Assembly (NCBI GenBank): GCA_036172245.1
Contig: JAYWIR010000003.1
Coordinates: forward strand, 682,001-746,000
DNA from: Raillietiella orientalis
Lineage: Eukaryota
Direction: 5' to 3'
Length of the DNA stretch: 64,000 bases
A program made the position numbers and the translations under genes. Below are positions 43,082-55,960 of the stretch, piece by piece. Within the stretch, counting starts at the first letter, position 1. Every line of letters starts with the position of its first letter. Under the pieces are notes generated by a model that worked only from the letters and a program-made list of their open reading frames with translations, searched no databases and was not told the DNA's origin.

Positions 43082-46000
43082 TTAATTAGAAGAACTAGGT
43101 CTTTCATTGGCTAATACAAGTAAATTTTTTGCCTTGCTAGAAGACACAGATGGCATTTCTCGACTATGTGGGGTTCTTCCTTGAACCCTATTGTCCGACG
43201 AATGTTCAAGATCGTTGTTCTGATATGTATCATTCACCCTAACTTCATCATCACCAGCGTTCCTCTTAGTAACGATTTTCTGTCTTCCGTCATTTGGGAC
43301 AAGATTTCGGTTTGATGGAAAAGTCGAACTGTCCTTTGGAATCAAGTCACTCCAGTCCAAATTCGCAAACGAGTCGGAAAGAGTCCCTAGTAGTAGTTCT
43401 TGCACAAATATGCTACGGTTAGCATGTTCCACTTCTAATTTCTCCTGTTCCTCTTCAGTCGTAAGAAAGTCGATGCACCTATTAAAAAACATCATTTAAT
43501 ACATGGCAGAGTGATAAGTCTGGGATAGTTTTACGATCTAAAGAAGAAAGTACCGGTTAAGCGAAACGATACTGGCACACGCTTAAACTGCTGATCAAGT
43601 GTTCGAACGGGGTTTGCCACTTGGATTCGAGATCACGAACGCCACGACCACAAATACCACACATGCATTTTCGTGAAAGAAAGCCAACGTGGGTGTACTC
43701 GGAACGCTGAAAGGTCGACGAGACCCGAGAGGATCGTGCTGAAGAGAAGCAAACGCACCACCGCCGCAAGAAATTTGGCAGCCATCCTCGATTCCTGCAA
43801 CAGAGACTGCATAGAATATAGAGTGAGGCGAAATTCGCCAACCCTTCTATCGGGCCGAGGTGCGGAAACACTTGCCCGGCAGGCACCGCCCCTGAGTGTC
43901 TCCATGACGTCACGCGCCGTGGTCGCGTTTACCTGCCCAAAGCGCATCCGTCACAAAGGTCGCAAAACCTCCGAAAGCTCACACAAAGGGCTCACTTTCA
44001 GACATTTCCGATCTTGGTGAATGTACCAGAGGTTCCGCTAATGATTCGGAGACCAGGATGCTGCTAGGGTCGAAAGCATCTCCATGGATGGCTTATTATT
44101 CCGAATTCTCCGCATCACAATCTCCACAGTCGAGGCTTACAAAATTCCACGCATTTCCCCAAATTGCAATTTCGTGCATAAGAACATTGGCCAACTACTT
44201 ATTTGCATATCGATTCGTGCGAACTATGTGGCCGCTTAACGGTAGAAGGACAGCTTCCTGCGACCCGGCTGCCATCGGATGCAAAATACCGAAACCTTTA
44301 GGTTGATAAGAGTCGCATGTCGAAAGGATGACCGGTAAACGAAGTGTAACCACACCTACATAAGAATACCGAAACGTGGGTGTACCCTTGGAAAGCATTC
44401 GAGAAATACTTTAGAATTCTGCCATGAAGATGTGAATGAACGCACAGAATGAGATCGTACCGCTGGCTCCACATGGACAAATTCCAGTAATTTTTTACCC
44501 AAATTTCCTCCTGCTGAGGGGGAACTCCTCTTAACCATGCAAATATACAGGAATGGATGCGCTTTGAAATCCCAACTCGAAGAGCTCGAATATTCCAGAA
44601 TATAATTTACTTTCAATCCATGTTGAAAAATTGCAATCCCTGAGAATTAATTCCTTTCATTTGAATTCAACCGTTTTGGCTGCTCCTTCTTAAAAATCAC
44701 ATCAAATACCTCCTCGCTCATGGGCAGCATTTCTCAGTCTTCCCACACTCATTGTACGATACGAACCCAACCGATTCTCTCAAGTAAACCTTCACGTCTA
44801 TCCTAATGACACGCAAAAAAAAAAAAAAGGAAAAAAAAAAAAAGGAAAGAAAAATCGTCTTTTAATAAGAGACGTAAGATTTTCATTATTCCGACTTCGA
44901 TATGTTTACACAGATGCCTGTCCTCGCACCGGACTTGCATTCGGGCAGGCGGGGTCGCGTTGGTCACTTGGGATTTCGAGAACATCAATCCGAACCTGAA
45001 TGGCAAAACCTGGCAAGGATTCTGTTCGAATGATGGTAAAATCCCACGAAATCACGCGCCGAAAAAAGAAAGAAAGAAAGAAAGAAAGAAAACGGTCTCG
45101 CATAAAAATACGAAAAGGGAAAGTTCGAGTAATATTCGAGTATGCCCGACTATGAATTTCGATTCTTTTTTAGCCAGGGATTTTAACGAGGGCATTAGAA
45201 AGGAACGATTCACTGTACGTGACCGTGCGTTACTACGCAGCTCACACAAAACTTCATTAACGTGATGTTGGTTCACCTTCACTCGGTGCTAAACACTACC
45301 GATTCCAAACGAATGTTCATTAATATTCCGCTAAAAACACGGACAGGGAAACAGTCAAACGAAATCACATGCAATGACTAGAAATGAAACGAAGGGAGAA
45401 TGCCGAAAATCGTAACCTTAGGAAAAAAATGCTATCCAATTTCACTGAGGATTCAACGGAAAGAACCCGGGCCGCTCTTCGGAAGATTTATGCACAATTA
45501 AAGACCATCTGCACGCAAACCCTTGCACCATTTAATAAATGACAATAGTTTTGCATATTCCAACACGGAACCGGAAGGGAAGTGGTTCATTCAAAATGAT
45601 TTCAAGCACGTTACTTTGCTTGAAATCACACCGCAAATCCTTAAAGAGCGACGCTGCAGTCGGTTCCAAATAACATTTGAATGGCTCTTCCTGGGATCAT
45701 ACATTTTTAGAATCAAATCTACATCACTAAAGTATCATGCCAGGTGGATTCGACCTCCTCTGTGCATACTGACGGAACTGATTCACAGCAACATTGAATG
45801 CAAAGCAGAATAGCATAAGCATGATTTAACTGCTTGGCTGTGAAATATGCATTTGTCTTATGTTAATGTGCATTCAACAAGCAATGTGAAACTATTCCTG
45901 TTTGTCTCAAAAACTTCGTGCTCCGCATGCACATTCAACCAAGTTTAATGTCTCATCTTAACTGTCCATACTGAAAATGGAAGATATAAGTATTATCCTT

Positions 46001-49000
46001 CAGCATATGTTGAAAACGTTACATCCTGGTATTCTGATTGTGAACAAACACAAGTTGAAGAATACCTGATGAATCAGGGATATATATATATATATATTTT
46101 TTAAATAAGTAATTGATAAGCGTTAACAAAAATTGTGGGCTTCAAAAAATGCAAAAAAAGGCAATCATGAGAACGCCAGAAAGGTGATCTTATTTTCAAA
46201 AGGACTTTTGGTTTTCTTCCATCATACACAGTCATATCAAGTTGAGGAAAACGTTACCTAGAGATAAGTGGAGTATTTTGCAAACCAAGAACAGATGAAG
46301 ATGAACTACTTTGTGTACTGGTATTGGCAGCAGTGACAGTAGTACTCGTTGTAGTTGTTCCACTTACAGAACTACTAACAGCTAGCTGACCCTGACGACG
46401 TGGCAATCTTTCAAACTGCTGTCTGTTGGAAGAGGCCTATAAAACAAAAACAAAAAATCATAAGCACAAATTCAAGGGACCATGAGGAATAAATCAGTTC
46501 AAACTGACTACCACTCAAGGGCAGGATATAATAATTTCTTTAAGAACTTTGATTTACTTTGTAATCATTACGCTCAACTTTCCAAGAATTTCTGATTAGC
46601 ATCCATATAAGGTTCAACTCAGCAAAAATCAGTACTGGATCCAACTGAATCTTAATTCGGATTAGATTACACGATAACTAATACATACAACTATCAACAA
46701 TCAATGATTTTTCTCGACTTGTACACAGACATTAACCTTTGTCGTTTTACTGGACAGGAGAAATTATTTTCAGAATGCCGTTCACATGCTCTTGGTGGAA
46801 ACTTTAATCGAAACGTTGATATTATTCCATTCTGAGTATTCCAAACGAAAACGGCAGCACTATTTCGGAAGAATTGGAACATTTGTGCAAACAAGAAAAT
46901 TGCGAAAAACAAATCAACTGATAAATCTACTTGGAAAAAACAATCTGAAGTAATCACAGAGTACAAGGAGGCCAATGAAATAAATAGTCTGCAATCCGCT
47001 CTGCCACTGCTTCTTAAATAGTCCTATGAAACTATATTGCCGGATTGTTATACATAAAGCTGAAATTTCGCCAAAATTAAATCAACATCCGTGGTTAAAT
47101 GCTTCAATTCATTATTCAAAGTTGACGTGCGTATCGTGTACGAAAGCACGCGTAGAATTTTTGAATAAAAGATATGCAAAAATTCACATCGACTGAAAGT
47201 AAACTCATAAACTCCAATCAGACTTCCCCATACTTTGCAAAAAAACGAAAATCGCAGGCATGCGGTTTCTAATATTCACTGTGTATTGATTAGCAATTGT
47301 TGAATGAATCAAAAATAACACTGAAATTTTCAAATTACTGTTTCCAAATGTTAGAAAACTCTTAAGAATGAGAATCTGAAAATGGAAACCCATAAACATC
47401 CTACCCTACTTGCTCAACAAAACAACTTCATGTGAAAAAGATTACTAATTTCTTACAGAGGCTGGACTGAAAAGGATATTACCTGAACAGCTATAAAAGA
47501 AATACAAGTGATAGCAGTACAAGAATACAATAAAAGTAAAAACAACAGATCCCATGATTATGAAGCTGGGTGAACCGTTGACTTTCTTTCATTAACTTCA
47601 AATTATGGTACAATTTAAAAAAGGAAAATTACGAAAATTCGACCATGTTCACTTTGTATTGCTCTTGGATTTTTTTTTTTTTTGAAAAAACATGATTACA
47701 CAACTTTAACTCTCAGTCTAGATTTTGATTGAACTTTAATTTTACTGAGTTACTTATAACTGCAATTACATGTTTACAGATATCTTAGCAATCAGATTAA
47801 GATACCACATTTCACATGTCACTTGAAAAAAAGTTTTACCTGCTGCCTTTCAAACTGAAGTTGCATCTGAATTTGCTGAAGCTGTGATGATGCAGAAGAA
47901 CTTCCCTGACCTAACAAAATTTTAAAACCAATACAAGAAATCAATTAAAAATACAAAGGACAATACTAAGACTTTGCAAAACTTTACTTGGAAAGTAATC
48001 TACCTGTTGTTCGACGTACTCCTGATAACTGTGAAAGAAGTTCTGCAATAGGATCCATTGAATCTCGACTATACAACGGAATAAATAAAACAATTACTTC
48101 TCAGAACTTGAACATGTTTATAAAGCATGTAATTCCTGATGTTATTATAGTCATTATGGTTATTTCTTTTCATGCCACCATCAAAATTATTCCCTGTCCC
48201 ATATCAAATAATGAAATGTGTACAAAAGAATAACATTACTCACTTAAAATTTATGTTCGATCTTCGAGTACGACAAGATATCCCTCTGCCTCCATGAGAA
48301 ATACGCCTTACAGCATGCCGTGCACTGCTCTGATCATCTTAGGATAAGTTAAGATGACATGATCTAACATGAATTACTAATCTAAAGGATTCTGATCCTC
48401 TAACGCCTCAATAAGCAGCACTTTGAATTTAGTTTCATCATATGAATAAATTCAACATTAAAAGTGAAGACAGAATGGAATAAAAATCTTTAAAGATGAA
48501 AAATATATCTAATATACATATTAAAAGAATTATAATTGACTTCAAACAATTGATCAAACTTAAAAGAGAATATACAGCTTAGGACACAGGTTCAAATCAC
48601 TATGATCAAAAAACACTTTATGCCTACAGTAAATACATGAATTATTACATAAAATTAACTACTAATCTATGTAGCTGGATATGTGCGACAAACCTTGCTT
48701 TTCAGTTAAAGTTTCAAAATATTTCACCTGCATTACCACTAAAAGTACTCATGAAGCTAAAAACAAGTAATGTTAAATTTCACTACAGCCACTTTTTTTC
48801 TCCTTCAAATGATTCCAAATGGTTTACTTTATGAATCATTTTGCTTACAAAACCAAGTAATCTTTCTATTCCAACTCATCATCTCAAAGTGAACAATACA
48901 AATACATCTGAAAGTTTTCACAGGCCAACATACATACATGTTCGTTTTTTGAATTATTACATTTTACGTTATTAATTTACACATTAATTAACCAATACAT

Positions 49001-51799
49001 CCCAAATGTACAAGAAACTGGATAAAGAACCATTCTGGTGAAATGATTTTACTTCACTCACAGCGAATTGCTAAAATACACCCAATCTATCTCAGCTTAC
49101 AATTCCTATCTTTTAATATTTAAATTTATGCCTAGCAATGCTCGTAGATGACTTTTAACAGCCGTTGTTCATTAACCGTTAATCATTTGGTTTCAATACA
49201 CTTCCCCCCCCCCCCCAAAAGAACCTTTTCTAGGAAATTTGCCACTGTTTGCTATAGTGTTCAATGGTATTTCTTCTATCTATCATGTCTGTTCAAATAT
49301 CATGAAATCATTTATACATTTCACTTAACTCGTATCCAAAACATATCTCTTGATTCCCTTAAAATCATCTTTTGAACAAAACATTCTAAAAAATAATATA
49401 ATTTGGAATTTTTTAAGTAATCTTTAAAATATTTTGAAAGCATGGAGTATGTTAGCTTAAAATAATTTAAATTGTATTTTGAGAAGTGCTAAGAACTTTT
49501 TAATACTATAACATGGTGGATATTTTAAATACTTTTGAAGTCCATCCATAATAATGGGACTGGGAAAAGCCATAGTAACACGATAAATCCATAGAGCTCT
49601 GACCTAGATTTCCCCTAACAATCTACCCATAAATACTGTCAATTTAAGCTTCTAAACTGATTCACAACTAGAGAAAGAAAAACAGGAATTCCTGTTAACA
49701 TTGCCTTTCCTTCCTTTTCAGGAAACACATTGAGAAACTTTCATCGCAATTTCAGAAACTAACACATACATTGTATGTTTCTTCCTATACATATAAAGCA
49801 CTAGACTACTGGCATGGAAGTGTATGTTATATGACTCTAAGCAAAATCAGTATAGTGCTCCAAACCATTAAATGTAATGCTCCTATGACCAAGAACAGAA
49901 AATTTTTGGTGTAAAGGAGTTAATAAACATAATCTAATAAAGAGATCACTAGAAAATCCCTCTGCCAAATCAGGTGAGTTGCATCAAATAATTTGATAAT
50001 TACAGTAACCTGCACATTCAAACACTGAACCCAAACGAGTCACTTTGGATTTGTATAAATTAACGGAATGGCAAAACAAAAAAAAAACGGAATATTTCTT
50101 GAATCTTGAGAATACGATAAAATTAAAATTATAATTAATCTGCATCAAAGGATATTTCTCTAGTGCTATTACGATGTTCCAAGGCTAGATGCGATGACAG
50201 GTCATCTGTCAGATGGTTTGGATCACCTCCAGGTAAGGAAGCACAAATGGGACACACCTACAATAGAAAAATAATGATGTTGGAAAAACTGGTAAGTTTA
50301 GAAACCTTGGGAAAAAATATATGGCTTTCAACAAATGGATGAAAGTAAACATTTCATGAACAATGAACAAAACACAATGACAAATCACTATGGTGATGCA
50401 TCTGGAATACATGCATACAAGATGGAAATCTCACTTATCATCACCTAAATCTTACTCTTTGCTTTTAATGCATCTGCACAAAGGCATTCGATGCAAAAGT
50501 TTGAGCATGAAGATACGAATTGGAAGATGCCTGGATGTGTTGTAAAATGAATGAATACCATTAATAACATTAAAGTGAACAAAATACGCAAAATGAAAAT
50601 AAACAGAAAATAAATAATTACTTAGATTACTCTTCACTTTTCCAAGCATTTCTTCTGGGTAAATTATATTAAAAAGTCATTATTAAGATTTCGTTACTTT
50701 CCCTAGAAAAATTACACATACACAGATGTCAACAAGTAACAAGAACTGCCTGATGTCAGAAACATTTTTTTTTTTTTTTTGATGAAAGCATCGTTGTATA
50801 TTTCCTGTACTTCAAGTTTACAAGTGCCTGTGCTTCTTCCAATCAAAAAATTGAATAAGAAGCTGCTGGAATCATAAAGGTTTGCTTTACCTAAAGGCAA
50901 CTACCACACAAGTATTTTGGATTTCAGTACAAATGAATTTGTAAAATCTTGAGGGATCATTTTCAAATATTCACTCAAGGGAATTTATCAGAATGAGAAA
51001 ACTACATTTATGTTTGTCAACATCTGAATGTAATTAATATGTTACTAAGCTGAACAGCTACCAGGAAATTTTCAAGAGGGGTAAATAAGACTTCACCCAA
51101 AAATATCAAGTTCAAAAAATAATAGTTAAAATGTAACTCCCACATACCACTTCTTGTGAATTGCTTGGTGAATTGCTATCAACTGGATGTTCTGAAGTAA
51201 CATGAGCATGAAATTTTGCTTCTGTAAAACCCATTTTTCCACACAACGGACATACAAAAGCTTGTGGTTGTTCAGTGGTCAAATTTTCACCTCCATAATA
51301 AAATTCTAATATTAAAAAAAAAGTTTTAGGTGCACTTACAAAATAAAACTGTAATATTATGCTGTACTGTAATTTCATATAAAAATTGCAAATATAACAG
51401 TAAAAACCAGTGAAACCTGAAAAACCTCAAAAAACTTTTCAACTTGATATTGACTGTCTACAGTTTTCCAAACATGAAATTTTTGTAAAACTGAAGGACT
51501 ACATGGTCTAAGATACTTATTTATGTCTTCAACTTGTAATTTTTAAAGTTTGAAGTTTACCAAAATCTGATCTTGTTATAATGCACTGCATGGGATGGTT
51601 TGGAGAATGATTCATTGAATTACTTTGACTTTCATAACAGGAAGCACAGAGATCATAATCATAGCATATTAAACATTTATATCGACGTCCTTTAAAATTA
51701 TTTTTTAAGCAGACATCACAGCTTACTCCTACGAAGAGATGACACATATTTATGATGTATACATGTGAAAAACTGCATTTTACCTTCATGACAAGACAT
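43082..51799 (-). CDS. KCMF1: E3 ubiquitin-protein ligase KCMF1 (ZZ zinc finger plus Di19-type C2H2 finger), about 416 aa, complete
   Basis: 9 exons: 51799-51784, 51728-51561, 51305-51148, 50257-50156, about 48338-48244, 48068-48004, 47910-47840, 46436-46258, 43478-43082. Motifs: MSCHEGVSCDVCLKNNFKGRRYKCLICYDYDLCASCYE, FVCPLCGKMGFTE, VCPICASLPGGDPNH, MDPIAELLSQLSGVRR, QLQQIQMQLQFERQQ, RSIFVQELLLGTL. Confidence 0.95.
48339..50155 (-). other. U12-type (minor spliceosome) intron in KCMF1 with a non-AC 3' terminus
   Basis: 5' splice site ATATCCTTT at 50155-50147, directly after ...EHRNSTRE. Branch-site-like TCTTAAC at 48354-48348, just before the next exon (DDQSSARHAVRR). I found no GT donor at this exon end. 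The 3' end is uncertain by a few nt. Confidence 0.88.
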
Positions 51800-54700
51800 C
51801 TGTACTCAACAAATTTGGCAATCAGATCACCTCAGTTGCTTCACAAAATATATATCTAATGAATGGAAAAATTCACAAATTTTGCATTTTCCAGAAAACA
51901 AATTCAGAAAACATAAAAACTACTGTCCATGAATGAACACTGAAAACAATTTTGTTAACTTTTTCAAATAAAAAATCATAACACTGCCATTAATGATGTT
52001 AATATTCAGAACTATACTTTATCAACTGATCAGATGAATTACTATGAGCTGGATTATAATATTCAAAAATCTACATAAGACTTTCCTCTAGTATTCACAT
52101 AAAAAAATCTTGTAAACGTAATATACATAATAACAAGCTTGAAAATGATGGATACTTTCTTTAATCATATTATTCTGAGAATTCGACTCCAGTAACTTTG
52201 GCACGGAAGTGTTTTTGAATTTTCTTTCACATCTAAAATGTACAGAGGGCTACGTGAAGTAACTGACTGATTCAGTGACAACGAAAGTTGTGCTTGAACT
52301 CGAATATGCTCCATTTACAAACATCCAAAATAAGATAAATAACAGACCAGGTAAGAAACTGTGATAAAAAACAATTTCCATTTACAGGTTTGAATGTAGA
52401 TAACTAGACGAAAAAAAAAAAAAAAAATCCTTATACTCCTACAGAATAATAAACTCCCTAACAAGATCTGAGTCAACAAATTTCCACTAGAACGGCATCA
52501 ACTAAAGAACCTGAATTAATAAAATTACCGATCCACAATTCACAAAGCATAATAAATGAATACGGGCAAAAAAAAATCGGTCCTCTGATGCTGCTTGCAA
52601 CACACATCTAAATCTACGTCCGATATATACCGTCGCTTTTGAGCATCACAATCGTTTCAAAATGCCAGCAGGAATGGGCAGAAAATGCAACGTGATTAAT
52701 CCTTCTCCTCTCCCAGTCTTTCAATTTGAAAAACCCAACATATGCCTTTCACTCGTGAAACGGGGTCTAAAATAATTGAGCTGCACAACACGAACGTGCT
52801 TTCTAAGGTGAAACACTTTGAACACGACCTGGTTAAGGAAACTGACAAAAAATGCTTACACAGGTTTCCATATGCCCTAGTAGCACGTCGTAATTCTTGG
52901 ACGATTCTCACACATTCACATCATCCAATGCAAAAATGAAACTTGCGGAAGAACATTCTACAATTGCAACATTTTTGATTTACATGCAGCAAAAAGGCTC
53001 GAAACAATTTACGATTCCATTGGCACATGCACGCATCACGTACGAGATGCACCGTGTTAAGAACTCCGTCTGAATTCCCTCATTTGATGCAATTAACGCA
53101 ATTGATACAATTACGAGTACCAACACACGTCGAGCTGACAATTTCGACGTTCCGTGCAGAAGAAATTATAAATTGAGATGTCCCCGCGAACCCCGCCACT
53201 CCATTCTACGAACATGATAGAGAATTCCTTATCGAAAAATAGAGTCAAGAAGCTAACAACCTGTTATTGAGGTAAAGCATATACTGCTACTTCCTTCATA
53301 AAATATGTCCATATTGACGTACTGAGCAAGCAGCATTTTCATGACGGAAATAAAAACAAAATTCCTGCAATTTGAATTTCGTTTTTGGAAATTACATTCT
53401 ATGACAATTCTTGAGGTTCCTATTTTCTGACAAGGTTGGATCTTCTGAGACCGTTTTCAGATTTCGACGTTCGTGCATGAAAACCGAATCCTCTAAGAGA
53501 TCAAGAGACGAAAAAACCCATTAAACAGCAGCGTATTAATATTCAAAACAGTCGCGAAACTTTGAGAATCCCATTAAAGAAAAAAAAAAAAAAAAACTGT
53601 ACACCGAAAGCCACAGCCATAGTAAATAGCAATTTCTGCACAGTAAACTGGTCCGAGAGATTTCTTCGAATAGGCCTTCGAAGAATTTAATCCTCAGCTG
53701 GCTCGTTTTAACTCTCCGGTGTCACTGTGCTGAGCTTGCTTAAGAGAAACCACCCACTAAGCAAGTACTGCTCATCTGAGCTCATGAGGTTGCCGTGATT
53801 TTGTAGACACTGGGGATCAGAATGGCACCTTTTTCCTGGAACTTTTATGAGTACTTCTTCACCTATTAATATAAACAGCCACTCCTATGAATCTTGCATC
53901 TGCAAGTTTACATGATTTCGTCGTGAAACCCGCTGCCGATCAGAATAACAAGTGAAACTTGCATTTGCATCGAGTCGGAATTACTATTTTTCTTGAAATC
54001 AGCACACGAAACTATTAAGTTCTAGAGAGACATAGCTGGTTCGTCAGCGACCGTGCACAACTAGAATGTATGGATCAAAGTATTTTTAAAAAAAGTACAA
54101 CTGATATATTCTTTACCGTTATGCAAGGCTAAACTTGGAAACTCCGTGGCAATCTACATTGCATGCTCATTTGAAACAGCTGCTGAATCATTTCGATGGG
54201 CATTACGACAGTTTTCTGCACTCGCTGAATATATGCAATAGTGCTGCAAACTCGTACGACTTTTTTTTTTTTAAGAAAAAAAGCGTGCCAACACTGACAC
54301 GCTAGTAAAATATTTCATATGATTGTTTTCAAGGTGTGATTCCTTTTCCCATATGCCGAAAACGAAAATTATCCGAAGAGTCTCTCTCTGCCTTTGTTCA
54401 TTTTCACGAGGTGTTAAAAGTGCAAAGGATTTGTCGATCCTTCAACGTTTTAGTAAAGATGCCTCAAAGTATCGAAGGAGCAGCAGCCCCAGCGGAGCAC
54501 TGTTTCGTAGTGTTGTTTGAGCAGATTGGAAGAAAATGGAATGAACTGATAATTTTAGCTCGTGAAATATTTGGCTAACGAAAAATAAACACAGACTCTC
54601 AGTAATGAATGTCGTGTAACAGCTGCTGATTTCATCGGTAACTGGGACATCAACTTTCGTTTCCAGCCGATGCAACAGAATTCAACTCGCACCTTGGACT

Positions 54701-55960
54701 CCAATGTGCTCGTTGAAAATAGTATTCAGAAAACTCACATGGGTTTTTTCCCCTAGTTATGCTGTGATTTGCTCTGCGTGTGACACTTCATGATTGAAAT
54801 ACGTCACCATCATAACATCTTCACGATTCGGTAAACTAGGAATGCCAAACACAAACAGACAAAAAAAATGGCTGGCAGAAACGACAGATACTCGGACGGT
54901 GAGCTAAGCAAAGTGCATTATTTTGCTCTTCTGGTCTGCAACTTTCTAAAAGCATCACAGACGGCCGTGAAATCAGAAAAATCAGAATAATTACTGGGAA
55001 GCGGCGGACGGCTCAACCGCAGGTATTCACGAAATAGGGCATCGCAAAATCGCTGGTTCCATCCGCTTGCCTTCCAGAAACGACACCGTTTGGGCTTCCG
55101 TTGGCGATCGACGGAAGACAGAGACGGCCTTCGTCGATTCTCGACTGCAACCAAATTTCGAATCCCTGACAGCAGCGTGTCCACTGCCAACTTGCGAACG
55201 CAGTTTTGGCAGTGCTCGTCGTTCAGAGGTTTCCATAGAAAAGGGAATCACCAGACAGCGTCGCGAGATTGCCAGCGTGTCCGTGGACCTGCTTTGGCCA
55301 GATTGGACCTAACCCGTGCGGTCACGGAACGCCATCATCATCATCAAGAAAATCGTGAAGCTCATGAGCGGGGGTGGGGTGGGGGGGCAGATGGCTCCAT
55401 ACACAGGAAACCATCAGGCATCCCGTTTCCAACGTCACACAGATGTTCTGCCCGTTTTTTCTGTAATGATGCAGCTTGAACTCACCGAGAGCGTTAGTCC
55501 ACAACGTTACATACTGAGCCACCACCACCATTTTCAATGTGATCGCAAGAACACGTCTTTATCTTTGAACGAAGAGCCAATCTTTAGTAACGAATTCTCC
55601 ACCGTTCCTCTCGAAATTCGCCAACTCGCACTTTTAGAAGGGATCGAATGAACCGTAAGTAACGAAATAAGTTTCTTGCAATAATTTGATTCGCAAAAGG
55701 CATTCCATCAGATGCATACATAATTGGATACGAATCCATTGGACAGAACAATATGCCAATATTTTTCTTTTTCTTTTGGATACACACATGAAAAAAAAGA
55801 CGGATGTGCGATAAAGATTGTGAGTGACATACTACTACTTACTGGCTAGGTAAATGCTTTGTGAATAAAAAGGCATGATTTATTTAATACGAAACGGTTT
55901 TAATACTGCATTCATTTTACTGGGTCGAAAATTTTCTTTGCTGTTTATTACGTGTACACA

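Noticed and set aside
54442..55190. Minus-strand ORFs as the WDR11 terminal exon
   Set aside because: The AT-AC acceptor at 56071 has a proper branch site and gives a better, in-frame C-terminus.
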